Shown here: one piece after another, positions 37,049 through 50,323 of the stretch | How the letters are laid out: every line of letters begins with the position of its first letter | Position numbering within the stretch: position 1 is the stretch's first letter | NCBI GenBank assembly: GCA_010093605.1 | Contig: MU004189.1 | Span: forward strand, 1,805,834-1,869,833 | Source: Lophium mytilinum | Lineage: Eukaryota | DNA length: 64,000 bases | Reading direction: 5' to 3' | The notes under the pieces: model-generated | Databases searched by the model: none | What the model saw: only the letters and a program-made list of their open reading frames with translations | What the model was told of the DNA's origin: nothing | Translations under genes and position numbers: made by a program

Positions 37049-39258
37049 ATTCGGAAAGAAATGATGGTTTGATGAGAGCAAATACGATTGCAACGCGACG
37101 AGGCGCGTTTTATACCTACGAGCCAGTCGCAGGCACCGCTAGTCCAAATCAAGAAGAAGACGAACATGGAGGCACAGATCTACACGACTATAGAGGCGTG
37201 GATCTATACGATTGTCCGTCATGGCGGCTTCTCTTTCCGCGTCACGTTACTCTCCTTTCTCATCACATATAATCGCGTTCGGTTTATCTGCAAGACAGAC
37301 TATCCTTCAATCTTTCGTAACTTGGTTCAAGGCAAGATGACACTACCGAACGGCTTCATCCTCACTTAGCCTTGTATGTCATCTACTCAATCATCTACAA
37401 CTTCATAACATCGCTAATGCAACATGCGAACCTTTATCTCTGCTACCTTGCTTTTCTTGCTACTTATTCTCAGCGCTATACTCCTTCCCGAGCTGCTGTG
37501 TAGCATTCACGTCCACAGCTTACGATCCAATGCTACACTAGACTAATCTACTTTCAAAGTGTTTGCCTTATAGCCAGCTAACATGGTTGCCAATAAGAAC
37601 CGAATCGCGGACTGTGTTATCTCTACGTGGAGGCTATACCTTCCGTGTAGCACATGCATTTTCCGTAGGTAGATCTCCCTTGAATACTACACCATCCCTG
37701 CCTCGACCTCTCTACCCACGCAACCTCCCCTAGCTATCTCATAGCCAGGAACTACACATGACTTAACCTTGTTTACTTCTTCACGTTCTCTCCAGCGCGT
37801 TTCCTCTTTCCTATTTTCTATCCTACCTACAGCTTACCTATATTTGTTCACGCAAAATAGTCGTCTAGAAAGAATAGAAAGTAACGTGATATACACGCCT
37901 TACTCACGCCTCCGCTATCTAAAGAGATTTCAAGATCTGCAACTGTTGAGTGGAGTAATTTGCACGCAGACCCGTCCACGGAGATACTTCCGTGCCAATT
38001 TTCGGCCCGACACGGAATGCTGGCTGCGTTGTCACCATACTTCAGCAAAAGCATTCTGATTGAATATAATGATTGAACGTTCCAACAGAACACTTTCTTT
38101 TCCTCCCTTCATAAAGCTATGCTAGATGATTGTCGAATAGTACTACAGATCTAAGTCCTCACTGCAGACTATGATAAAGGTATATCGAAAAATTATTTCT
38201 AGCCATATGTACGAGACGAACAGGCCACTGGTGGGCGCCGTGGTCGCCATTGCTGTCTTACGCATATCGCCGGTGTGGGTCTAGCAATCGGCGGACTTAT
38301 CGTCGTCGGGCAGATGATGCACGAGTATGGCTCCTGTACACGCATAGTCTGCCAAGACATCAGCAACACTTTCTTTTCTACGGCCTAACAGCACGCAAAC
38401 TGGTGCGCAAGATGTTCGTTGGCCCATGGGGAACCCATGAGTTCAGGTTTCATCTATGCAAACCCTTGCTGGGCTATTTTTGAAATCCAACACCCGAGCA
38501 CCCTCAAACCAACAATCCGCTTACGGCCCCCATTTCAGGATAGCACCATCGCATCATTACTTCTCTACATAACGAACCTAGAAACGTTGACTTCCACAAT
38601 ACAAATCCTGTCAAGTTGGGTAGCATTCTTCTGCATTCCGCAGCACGCATCGGCTTATGGAGGACGACGGCACTCGACTCGTCTGGAATCAAGGGCGGCA
38701 ACTTGGGAAGAAACGCTTACTTGGCAGGGGCTTTGAGTGGCGCCGCCCCCAACGCACCCCTCTGCGAGACTGATGCAGGTCGGTTTCATCCCTGTTCTGG
38801 CGTTCAACAAGCAGCCGCTAGTGACTCGACAAGTCTCTCACTCGAAAACGGCAAGGTATATACGTGCTGTTATTGGTCCAGACACCGTCCAGCCGGGACC
38901 CATGTGCAGGCAATTTTAAGCTTTGTCTACTTCGAAGTGCTTGGCGTCAGCATTCTATCGCACTCTACAACTCCACGCGCTAAACTCGCCCATCAGCCTC
39001 ATGTAGAACCTCGTCACCCCATCACCGAGTCCAATCTGCAAGCACTTGCCCGTTCTCAGCATGGTCATCCAGGCCTCTTCCTATTTACGGTGCTTCACTA
39101 CCAAGCCATGGCGTCGCCGGGGCTGAAAGCTTCTTTCCCGGGAGTGTGCGTTACAAGGATACTTATATCCTGGCTCAAGTACATAATCAGTGGCTCTCCT
39201 GGCTTGTTGCCTCGCGCTTTCGCCCCTCCTCTCTCTCGTTTTGCAGTGTTTTGACGAT

Positions 39259-41312
39259 ATGGCACAATATTCCAGCGTACCTGGTGCTTCATATCCGCCA
39301 ACAGACTACATATCCCCAACGCAGGGCGTTGACTTAGGAGATACCAAACACCCAATCACTCCAACCGCGACTAGCTATTTTACATCTCCAGACCTTTCCG
39401 GCCGCAGGCGACAAGAGCGAGCTGGTGGTCATCTGAATAGGCTTTCATACAAAAAAACTTACATATTTGCCAACTTTTGGGTGTATGAGGTCGCAGCATG
39501 CATAATCGCGGTTGTCCTTCATCTGGTCACTGTTTTCCTCATTCATCACTACAACAATACCAACGTCGATTGGTACCATAATCACTGGAGCCTCAACTCC
39601 GAGGTTGCCATATTGGTCACCATCACTAAAGCGGCCGCCCTGATACCTATAGCTGCCTGCATTGGTCAGTTGAAATGGCACCGCTTCTGGACTTACCAGA
39701 AGTTGTCGGAAATGGAGGGTAAGTCACACCACATTCTCCCAATTGATCGTATGTTGATAATTCTCGACTATAAGCCTTCGACGAAGCCAGTAGGGGTACC
39801 ATAGGATCAGCGCGTCTTTTAGTTTATCTTAACCTCTGGTATGTTTGCCCACCTATCTACTTCTCATCTACTCTAGGTCTTCATATTCTGTCTTGGATGT
39901 CTTCTGTTGAGCACCAGTCCTACATCGAAATTCTGCTAACACTCAATTGCTACGACAGGCATTTTGCTTCTTTTGGAGCTCTCGTCACGGTCGCAGCTCT
40001 AGTCATGGACACGCTCGCACAGAACGTGATCAACACCGAGCCACGGCTCCAACCAATCAACACTAATGCCACCATCCCACGAAATGTGTACTATGACTCG
40101 GTGTTTACGTATAATACAAATGGCACGTCCTCGTTTCCTGCGGCTGATATGATCGGAGCAATGAACTTTGGCCTCTCCTACGCTTCGAGCGACCTACCAG
40201 ATTTGCCGGCGCTGCCATTCAGTTGTTACTCTAGCAACTGTACCTACTCAACGTACCAGTCTCTAGAAGTCGACGGAGATTGCGTGGACATAAGTTCTGT
40301 GCTAGACACAAGCGACAAGGCGTACCTCAAGTTGCCGGAGGGCCTCATGCTCATCAAGAACGGCGGGATTCTAAACACCTCCGCAACGGCACTGTACTCG
40401 TCTAACCAATTCTTCGACTGGAAAAACATGGGCCCATTGATTCTCAATTACCAGGCCATATACATCGACGCGTTGAACGATTACAAACCATCGGCAGTGC
40501 AATGCGTCCTAGTTTGGGGAGTATCCACTTATAGTACAACCAATGTCACAAGAGGGGAACTATGGGCCATGCCGGATGATACAACGTTCAGGAACACGTC
40601 TGCGGAAGCAAGGACTACCTACGAGCAGACGAACGACATCTTCATTCGGCCTGAGCCCTGTTACGTCAAAGGAGAAAAGCGCGACAGTGCCACCGACCCG
40701 GACTGCCTGTATCAAGTCGATGCAAAGGCGCAATCCGCTCTCCAAAAATGGCTGATCCACAGCACGGAGGGAATTGTCGGTTCTCTATTCAACGTAACGG
40801 ACAGCTATGGTAACAATACGCATTTCCAAACCTTCTTCGTCAACAGCCAATACCAAGCCCTTATACGGTACGCCCATACGTGGGAACCTTCCGAGACGTT
40901 TCTTGCAACAGGCGCCTATCTTGCCGGCATGATGAATCGTGCTATGGCGCTAAGGGTCCCGGCCGGATTTGCTGAGGGTGATGAGCGACTATCTGGACAC
41001 GGAACGGTCTTCCAGTTGCAGAGCTTCTTCAAAATGCGCTACGCCTATCTGACTCTGAATCATTTTGTTGTCGCCGGCAGTGTAGTGTTCCTTGCTATGA
41101 CAGTATGGATGTGCCGGAAGGACGAGGTATTGAAGACGTCTGTTCTACCCTTCTTGTACCATGGACTACCAGAGCATGATCGCCAAATGCTGGACGAGAA
41201 TCCCAGGCAAGCCGATATGAAGTATTCGGCGGAAGAGACGATGGTAAAATTCGGCATGACGCCTGAGGGGAAGCGGCTGGGGACCCAGGAAGCCTTTGGA
41301 CCCGGAGGATAG
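39259..41312 (+). CDS. DUF3176-like membrane glycoprotein; exons 39259..39718, 39775..39838, 39959..41312
   Basis: SLNSEVAILVTITKAA...IGQLKWHRF...AFDEASRG..GS, SNCTYSTYQSLEV.GDC.D, C-terminal TM then KTSVLPFLYHGL. Introns are canonical. Confidence 0.85.
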
Positions 41313-42066
41313 TCTGGCGCTCAGCACACATGTAAAAATACAGGGGTTTTCTTGGATATACAATGATTGAGTTTTAGCATAGCGTATGTTTAGGATCTGA
41401 TACATGTTAGAATATGCGTTTTGACAACGCGGAATTTGGTTTCTCTTTCCAATAATTCAGTCTATCTCACCCATGTGCATTCCTTCCAGTTGACTTTCTT
41501 CTAGCACATCTATTACATCCTAAAGCCTCATTACGATCTACCTGACTATTGTGCTCGCTCCCACTCTTCAAGCTATGTTGGTCAACAGACAATTCCCTGT
41601 AATTCTAAGACCTCGCCAAATTATTGAAGACTGGACACCATTGGCCACGTCAGCATCCCGTTAATTTATGTATCTCGGCCCTTGTGCATCATGTATGCGA
41701 CGTATAGCCAAGCGCCTCCCAAAACCTCCTTGATACGTTTCGATTAGTGACATTTTTCCACAAAACCAAGCAATGACACAGCGCCAAAAGCATTTGTCAC
41801 CAATGTCCAGCATGTAATCTATGAATGTCTAAGACTTTGATCCGTCATTTCGTTACTCTCTTGCACTACACATAGTGCACTCGACGTGGCACGGTGTCCC
41901 TCACAATCTCATTGTCAAGCGGTTAGAAGCGGTAGTATTTGTAATAAACCTACCGAAAGTGCCAGACGACGCCTGCACCAAACCATTACCACTATTTTTG
42001 GTGCAAGCCTCAGTGACAGTACCATAAGTCAGCCTATGCGCAACTTCCATCATTTTCTACGCCCCC

Positions 42067-44755
42067 TCAATCCATCCAACCCCCATCATCCTCTCCAGTC
42101 TCCACCCCCCACGCCTCAATCTCCTCCCTCAAACCCACCAGCTCTAGGCTCACCGACTCCTTACTCCTCAAACTCAGCCCCGCCGCCCTCTGCGCAATCG
42201 GTACCACATCTTCCACTCTCCTCCCCTTGACCATCCCCGCCAACAGTGCTCCAAGGAACGTATCCCCGACTCCGTTCACACTGACCACCTGCTTCGGTCC
42301 GACGACCTCATCCGGCTCGAACAGCCGTACATAGACCCCGCCAACCTCCGTATCACCATTCGAGCACCGCGCGAGCACATACGGCGCCGCAGACGGGCTG
42401 CTAAGGCGCGGATCACCGGCTTGAAGCAGCTTGGTAAGTAGCACGCCGCGCGGGCCCAGCTTGGTGAGTATCGTAGGAATGAACGGGAGAAGCTGGATGC
42501 TCTGCTGCGGGATCCCCTCATCGACAAGGGCAGAGGTGGTGGTAAGAGCGAGAGGAACACGGAGACCCGAAGAGGGAATGCCTAGAGCATCGATGACACG
42601 CCACCAGTCCGGATGGGCGAGGAGGTCCAGACGCGTAGCGGTGGCGTGGAGGGCGGCGAGTTCGTGTGAGTTTGGCGAAGCGAGGTTGACGAGGTGGTTG
42701 GGAAATATGGGCGCGGTTGTAGAGGTCGTTTTCGAGGAAGGAGGGGGAAAGAGGCGGGTTGATTTGGCGGTCGAGACGGGCTCGAAGGCTGTAAGAACGC
42801 CAGCTGCTTTGCCTGCGCGGAGCCAGGAGTGGAGGGTGGGAGTGGACCAGTTGCCGTCGACGACGAGGCATTTTGGTTGTGTTTTGATGGCGGATTGCTG
42901 TAGTTGCTGGATGTCGTCTGGTGTGAACGTTTCCATGATGCTCATATCGGCCATGGAGACTACCAAGTCTTTGTTGATGTCATTGACGGCAACGTACTGA
43001 GCGGTGTTTTTGTCGGCAGATTGAACTGAAGAGAGCACAAAGTTTGAAGATTTGTCTGAATTTAGTTTTGCTGCAATAGCCCGACCTGTAAAGTCGTTGC
43101 CGAGGACAGTGCATAGAGTGACGGGGCTACCCATGAGTTCTGCTGCTCTGGCTACATTGTAGCCCACGCCCCCTATTGATTGTGTTACAATTGCAGGATT
43201 AGATGTGTGGGACTGAGGAACAACTGCTGACTCGCTCGGCGCTCCCGCGAGAGGAGAGTAGTCACAAGATATATCCATAGCTAAAGACCCTGCCACTATG
43301 ATGCCGCCATAAGATTGTAAAGGCTTAGTTGTCACTGACTCTGGAGGTTGGTGCATCACAGCGTCTACGGGTGGAGTTTGCGATTGTGATGTTTTGAAAG
43401 ACGGCATATAATGCTTCGAGTTACCACTATGTACATACCATCAGCGCTGCCCTATATTTCTCCATATGTTTGGCAGTCTCACCCAGTAGCATCGGCTTGA
43501 GTATTATCCAATATTGCTAGCTCTCTAGCAACAATCGTTGCACGCCGAACGTTTGATTCAATCAGGGCCCGGTTGGCGGGCAAACTCTTGCCTCCGGTGA
43601 GTTCCTTTATCTTGTTCAAGATGAATGGCGTGTTGTCTTTGCCGGTGATACCAGCAGCATCGGCTTGTCTAATTGCCTCTTCTATTACAAGATCCATTTC
43701 AGGCTTAGGGATAGCCGCACTCTCCGGGACAGGATTCGCAAATAGAAGCCCAGAGGAGATGCCGAGAGAGTGTTGCGCGTCTAGTGTCACATCATATGAG
43801 TAAGGAGACGAGCAAAGTAGAGGCGCGATTAGATAAGGGTTGGAGGGAAAGGAAAGTTGAAAACTTACGTATGATAGCAGCAGCTTCCAACTCGTTCTGA
43901 ATGGTCGTTGGGCTCTTGACCCCACTGTCCCTAGACCAGAACGCAGGGAAATCGACATTACCTTGCCTGCCATCTGCGAAGGTACCAATGCCGACACCTT
44001 CAGTCTCAAGATACTCGAGAGTGCGAGGAATATCCAGGAAGCTCTTGCAACCGCTACTGATTACAGTCACTGGAGTACGACCGAGCTCGGTCAAGTCAGC
44101 CGAGATGTCCATAGAAGACTCAGCACCTCTGTGGACACCACCAAGGCCGCCGGTCCCAAAGACTTTGATCCCCGCGAGATGCGCCAGTATCATCGTTCCA
44201 GCGATGGTGGTACCGCCGTTGAATTTCTTGCCTGCTAGTCGCTGAGAAGACAGTCATCAGATATAGGATCAAAAAATGGGAATCTCAATTGATAATGAGG
44301 CTGCAGTACCATTCCACAAGCAAAGCCCAAATCCCTCCGGGAAAGCTTCAGAGTATCCTCGTGTCCAGCACTCGACGTGAGCTGGATCAGCTCTTCAGAG
44401 TCCATTCCTACGCAAGCAATGCCATCTAGTATACCAATTGTGGCAGGTACACCACCATTTGTGCGAACAACACTTTCGAGGTGTGAAGCTAGAGCTACAT
44501 TGTCGGGATACGGAAATCCTATAAGTACATGTAAGCTTAAGGTAGTAGTGCAAGGAGCTCGAATGATGTACCATGAGTGTAAATGGTGGTCTCTAGAGCT
44601 ACTACGGGTTTCTTCGAATACAGAGCTTCCTGGACCTCGTCGGATATCCGCAGAAAGCTACTGCTGGGTCTCACATAGCACCGAGCTGTTGAAGAAGGCC
44701 GCGGAAGGCTTAAAGGCAGGCCACGCTGACGCGTAGCTTTGGAGAGAGAAAACAT
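42067..44755 (-). CDS. Bifunctional pseudouridine-5'-phosphate glycosidase (IdgA/PsuG) - PfkB pseudouridine kinase; introns 44571..44519, 44309..44242, 43868..43781, 43482..43427
   Basis: PVVALETTIYTHGFPYP, GTGGLGGVHRG, DISADLTELG, GKDNTPF; PfkB GGVGYNVA and SVNGVGDTFLG. The N-terminus looks like a mitochondrial targeting sequence. Confidence 0.93.
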
Positions 44756-45024
44756 GGTGAGTACCTAGAAGTCAGCGAGCCATTGTGTTAGTTTGACAAT
44801 CTTTTAACTGAGAAACGGGGGATCAAGAGTGGGAGACGTGTAGATCATAGGGCGGGGCGGAGGTGTGAGCGGAGTGGGATCCCTGTCACGCAGGCCTTGG
44901 CAGAATCTCGAAGGACACGACGCATCACCGTGGAGTTTCAACGGCAGCAACACCCAACCTCAGACCTTTTCGAAACCCTCTGCATTGGAACCTCTATGCT
45001 CGGGCTCTCTCCTTTACGCCCAAC

Positions 45025-46626
45025 ATGAGGTCAATCGCCCTTCTCACTAGCTGTCTGATAGCACTGTCGAGCCTCTGCGCCGCCGAGCTCAACCTTACCC
45101 AGTCCCTGTCTTCGAAACAGATATTACCGGCCAACTTCAAGCCGCCGCAGGTCTTCAAGAATGTCAATCTTGTGCGGACGACCAACCTGGATAAGGAGTA
45201 TCCACGAGAGGTCATCAATGTTATAATTGAGAACATAGACTCGAAGCCGCAGTCGGAATACTACCTCCCATTCGAGTCAAGTTTGCTGTCGAGGGTAGGC
45301 GGGCTCGAAGTAAAGGACAAGAAAGCTGCAGGAAAGCTCCCCTTCAAGGTTGAAGTGGTCGAGTATGATTCGTATAGGTAACTAGGCTACAATAAGGCTC
45401 ATCTCACTATTTGAGCACAGCTGATAGGTGTACGCAGTTCCACCCAATTCTACCTCATCCATCTCCCAGAACCTCTCCAGCCCAAAGCCCAGCAGACCCT
45501 CAGTATCTCCTTTTCTGTCCTCTCGGCGCTCACCCCAGTTCCGGCTACGATCAACCAAATGGACAACCAGTATGTCCAATACACATTCAGCGCCTATAGC
45601 CCTTCGGCCTACACCACCGAGAAGCAAAAGACTAAAGTCAAATTCCCCACGGCCAACATCCCCGACTACTCTGTCTTAGACGCCCCGAACGCAGACAACA
45701 CTGAAGACCCTCAAAAGCAGGGCAGCACCTTCACCTATGGTCCATACGCCAACATCCCTGCGGGTGCCGAAGAGCTGGTCAGCGCCCGCTACGAGTTCAC
45801 CAAGCCGCTTACCCATGCTACTCTCTTGGAGCGCGATATTGAAGTTAGCCACTGGGGCGGTAATCTAGCTACGGAGGAGCGGTTCTGGCTCACCAACCGG
45901 GCTGCGACGCTGGCCAACCAATTCTCTCGTGTATCCTGGCAGATGACGCAGTACTCCAACCCACCCACCTCCGCGCTCAAAGGCCTCGCGATGCCGCTAC
46001 GCATTGGATCTTTGAACCCCTACTTCATTGACGACATTGGCAATGTCTCCACCAGCCGCTTCAGGAGTAACGCTCGTGAGGCGAATCTCGAATTGAAGCC
46101 ACGATACCCCATCTTCGGGGGCTGGAAGTACAGTTTCCGAGTGGGTTGGGATGCGGATCTGAAGAACTACCTGCGTAAACTCAAGACTGGAGATACCTAC
46201 GTCCTAAAAGTGCCGTTTCTGGAGGGACCTAGGCAGCCCGAGGGCGTCGAATATGCGCGCGTCGAGCTTAAGATCGTCTTGCCAGAGGGCGCCACGTAAG
46301 ATCCCCCCCCCCTCCTTCTCTGCGATTTCATTGCTTACAATGCCTATAGAAACATCCACCACGAGACCTCTGTGCCTCTAGTTGCCTCCGAGGCGACCAT
46401 CCACCGCACCTTCATGGACACAATCGGCCGCTCAACGCTCCATCTTACCGCCATCAATCTCGTGGACGAATGGAGGGATCGTGACATCGTTGTCACTTAT
46501 GATTACCCTTGGACGGCTGGCTTCCGAAAGCCGATTGTCATCTTCTCGGCTCTTATGGGCTTGTTCACCGTAGTCTATGTCATTGGATCGTTCGACGTTA
46601 GCATCGGGAAGAAGAAGACGGCATAA
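45025..46626 (+). CDS. OST1: Oligosaccharyltransferase subunit Ost1/ribophorin I; introns 45378..45437, 46296..46349
   Basis: Signal peptide, LERDIEVSHWGGNL, YFIDDIGNVSTS, PRYPIFGGWKYSF, LPEGA, TFMDTIGR, C-terminal TM. Confidence 0.95.
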
Positions 46627-47347
46627 AATTACCACAAAAGGAAAGAGGGCGCATGATATCAGGATTTGATTAGGGAACTGGGTTATTGTAAACATGTAGA
46701 CATTGACGCAACATCACATTTCTTCCATCTGCTCTCTTTATTGATGCTGTGTTGTGGCTGCAGCTAGTCGTAACACCGTATGCGGCAGACCAAAAAATAC
46801 CGATAAGAACGGCCTTCGGTTTCACTATAACGCTGAATTCGCTCCAATAGATCCTGAACAAGCTGTATCTTGGTGTCAAAGGTGTGACATTGTGACATTC
46901 ACTCTGCCTGATTTACAATACGTGATTGGTAAGCCAAGAAGACGCTGGAAGGTGAGAAACCCGGACTGCATACCAAGATGGAGCATGTAGACAAACTGCT
47001 CGGAAGAAGCTCGAATCATCCTATTTCAACTCTTTTAACCCCTAAGAATAACGCTTGGCGGTGCAACTCCTGTGGCGCGAGAAGTCGAGGCTTTCACCTT
47101 TGTGGCGCAGGGGGGTGGGTGCCAAGGCGCTAATTAATAATCGGCCCGCGCGCCTTGTTCTACTTCACTTGTCTTGTCTCGTCGCCCTCGCTGTTGCAAC
47201 TCCTCCAACAACCTCACCACCACACCCACCCCTTCTCTAAAACAACCACCGCACTTCTTCGTCGTAGTTCCGAGTACTGCGACTACTGTACACGACTACC
47301 TTTCTCTACGCGCCTGTCGTCCCGACACCGACGTGAGCAGGCTCACT

Positions 47348-49261
47348 ATGTCTTCGTCGGTCTTCTTCAAGTTCAAGTCGTCCAAAGAGCCGCAACGCAT
47401 CCCCTTCGATGGCACCGGCATCTCGGTCTTTGAGCTCAAGCGCGAAATAATCATCGCTTGCGGGCTAGGCGACGGTAGGGACTTCGACCTGACCATCTAC
47501 AACGAAGACACCCCCCCAGAAGAGTACGATGACGATACCACCATCATCGCTCGATCGTCCCTCGTTATCGCTCGCCGACTTCCTGCATCGAAGCCAGGAT
47601 GCGGCAAAGCTGCACGATACATCTCTGGCACAGCGCCTGTCACTGCCCGCAATACCCACCGAAAGGAGAACTATCCCGACTCGAAAGCCGCTTTCCCAGC
47701 CGCCACAAAGCCTGCGGACCCCAACAAGCCCATGACCGAGGAGGACAGAATCAAGGCCATGTTCAGCGACAGTGGTGTTCAGTGGGATCAGCAACAGAAA
47801 CAGATGGCAAGTGCGAAGCCCGTCTACCACAAGAACTTCAACAAGAAACCTGCCTCCGTCCCCGAACACGACCCGCCCCCAGGCTACATCTGCTACCGAT
47901 GCCACGAGAAGGGACATTGGATCCAGGCGTGCCCCACCAATGACGACCCCAATTTCAAGAGCCAGCCGCGCATCAAGCGCACCACCGGAATTCCCCGCTC
48001 GTTTCTCAAGACGGTGGAGAAGCCGTTCGCCCTGACGGAAGACGGCCTGACAGACAACAGCAAGCAACCCTCGGGAGTGATGGTGAATGCTGAAGGCGAG
48101 TACGTGATAGCAGAGCCGGATAAGGCGTCATGGGAGCAATTTCAGGCGAAGACCAAGGCGTCGGCGGCACAGGCAGAGGCTGCAGAGACCGGCAGCAAAG
48201 AGCTTAGGGACCGAGGTCTGGAGTGTCCTTTGGACAATCGAATGTTTGTGGATGCAATGAAAACCCCTTGCTGTAGCAAGACTTACTGCTCTAATTGTAT
48301 CGAGATTGCACTTATTGAGAGCGACCTAGTCTGCCCTAACTGCAACAAGGATGGTGTGCTGATTGACGACCTCGTCGCCGACGACGACATGATGGCTAAG
48401 GTCAAAGCGTACGAAGACGAGAAGACCGCCGAGCGCAAGGCAAAGGAGGTCCAGACTACTGAAGCTAAATCGTCTGCCAAAGATACTGCTACTAACCCTC
48501 CTAAGGCATCGTCCGAATCACCACTGTCGAATGTTTCGAATTCATCGAATGCCACGTCGAACACTTCAGTATCGACTTCAACGCCTTACTCCGTCGCTGC
48601 ACAGCCCATCACTACGTCAAACAACAAGAAGCGTCCTGCTGAAGAAGAGCTCCAAAATGAACGCAAACCATCTCCGCCGCGTGCTCCAGCTGCGATGCGT
48701 CGCCAACAAGAGCAAGCACAGCAGCAACAGCAGTGGCCCACTTCCGTGCCGCGCAACCAACAGGAATTTGAGGCCCACATGAATGCTTTCGCTGGCGTGC
48801 CCCCTCTGACTTCTGCCATGAGCATGCCGGGAATGTACTCGTCCGCTCCCATGATGGGCATAACCCCCGCCTACGGTATGGGTATGGGCATGGGCATGGG
48901 AATGGGAATGGGAATGGGCATGCCAATGGGCATGAACAACATGCCAATGAACAACATGGCTATGATGAACAACTATCCTAACGGTAGCGGCTGGAGCAAT
49001 CAGCAGCAACAATCCCAACAACCGTATTATCCCAACGGAAACAACCAGAACTGGGGCCAGTACCAGCAGCAACAAGCGATGAATCAGCAGCAACAGGCGA
49101 TGCATCAGCAGCAGCCCGGCTCATTCCCCAACCAGCAGCGAAATGTCTTTTCCAATGCCGGACCGAACGACGAAGACGCATACTTTCGGAAGCCGGTCAA
49201 CCCACATCGGGGCAGGCCGAAGCATCGCGCCATGAGGCCTAGCGACTACACCGAGCTTTGA
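47348..49261 (+). CDS. MPE1: Mpe1/RBBP6-like cleavage-polyadenylation factor (DWNN, zinc knuckle, RING-like)
   Basis: MSSSVFFKFKSSKE DWNN start, PPPGYICYRCHEKGHWIQACP, RIKRTTGIPRSFL, KTPCCSKTYCSNCI...CPNC. Confidence 0.93.
   Translation: MSSSVFFKFKSSKEPQRIPFDGTGISVFELKREIIIACGLGDGRDFDLTIYNEDTPPEEYDDDTTIIARSSLVIARRLPASKPGCGKAARYISGTAPVTARNTHRKENYPDSKAAFPAATKPADPNKPMTEEDRIKAMFSDSGVQWDQQQKQMASAKPVYHKNFNKKPASVPEHDPPPGYICYRCHEKGHWIQACPTNDDPNFKSQPRIKRTTGIPRSFLKTVEKPFALTEDGLTDNSKQPSGVMVNAEGEYVIAEPDKASWEQFQAKTKASAAQAEAAETGSKELRDRGLECPLDNRMFVDAMKTPCCSKTYCSNCIEIALIESDLVCPNCNKDGVLIDDLVADDDMMAKVKAYEDEKTAERKAKEVQTTEAKSSAKDTATNPPKASSESPLSNVSNSSNATSNTSVSTSTPYSVAAQPITTSNNKKRPAEEELQNERKPSPPRAPAAMRRQQEQAQQQQQWPTSVPRNQQEFEAHMNAFAGVPPLTSAMSMPGMYSSAPMMGITPAYGMGMGMGMGMGMGMGMPMGMNNMPMNNMAMMNNYPNGSGWSNQQQQSQQPYYPNGNNQNWGQYQQQQAMNQQQQAMHQQQPGSFPNQQRNVFSNAGPNDEDAYFRKPVNPHRGRPKHRAMRPSDYTEL
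48878..48935 (+). repeat. ATGGGN hexanucleotide repeat encoding (MG)n in Mpe1
   Basis: atgggtatgggcatgggcatgggaatgggaatgggaatgggcatg. Confidence 0.85.
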
Positions 49262-49789
49262 TCTCGCCACGCTCTCTACGCCTGCATCACTTTTCTTTTC
49301 TCTCTTTGGGTTTGGGATGGGTTGCACAGAGTTTTTTACGGTGTTCTGGAACAAGTCTTGGATAGGAGCATTCTGTTCTGTCCGCATTGGGTCTTTCTCG
49401 GGCAGCAGGACACAGCATCACGGATCCGGAGTATTACGACTATGAATCGACTTTCAGCACGAATTAGCGACGACGGAGCGCGCCTCCATGTATATGAAAG
49501 CAGAAGCAGGCAAGGCCTTCCTTCGGCTGTCTGGCTACCTGCGCATCCGATATGGGTTGGACGGGATCTGGATCATTACCCCTTTGGGCAAGCAAGCAAG
49601 CAGGCAGGCATTGCTGGTTTGCGTTTTGTTTTGTTTTGTTGCATACAAGTTTGGCGCTGGGGATAGCGTCGTGCACTGCTGCTTCTTCCCAGAGCGAAGG
49701 CAATGGCTCCGCTCTACTATCATTGTGCTGCGTGCACCCCACGGGGTGCATAGCCTTACCTTGGATGATGTTAACTTGAGCTTCTCAGC

Positions 49790-50010
49790 CCGAGACATTA
49801 CCATCAGCGATCACAATCAAAATCATTAAAATTCCCAAAAAATACATTGCCTCTGCTTCTTATCTTGTTGTACTGAGCTTCCTTAGTCAGCTAGGATGGT
49901 GTTTATGTGCCTCTTTTCCTCAAAGTCGCTTGAGGACATCACCGTCACTGAGCGACCAAACATTCAATCTCCCAAAAAAAACATCAGTGCTTTTTTCTTC
50001 CCTTGTTAAG
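49790..50010. repeat. Degenerate direct duplication, ~80-bp block about 143 bp apart
   Basis: gacattaccatca...cattaaaattcccaaaaaatacatt...cttgtt versus gacatcaccgtca...cattcaatctcccaaaaaaaacatc...cttgtt. Confidence 0.6.
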
Positions 50011-50323
50011 TTGCGTGCGGCTATGCACTTGGTTTCCCTTTTCTTTAGGTAGCTACAACAGGTGGATCGTCCTAGGTAGCACTCAATTCAGAACCAAATA
50101 CCAAAACATCGTGCCTCATTGCCCACCCCCGTGAACACGGAAACAATGCTTGCTAACGTCACACAACCCACCCTCACCTACAGCACTAAGCCATACGTCT
50201 GGGCACATGAACTCATTCTCGCTTGGCTCTAATTTGCTAACTCGACACCACTGTTAGAGATAGCCTGGTTGCTGAACAGCCAGATCGTCAAGACATAGTC
50301 TGATCTGTAGTGCTAGAACCTCG

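Noticed and set aside
37165..37369. 67-aa ORF divergent from the copia-derived gene
   Set aside because: Short, no motif; only an internal IYT repeat; insufficient evidence.
42067..44755. Glycosidase-kinase fusion as a novelty
   Set aside because: PsuG-PfkB fusion is the usual arrangement in fungi and many other eukaryotes.
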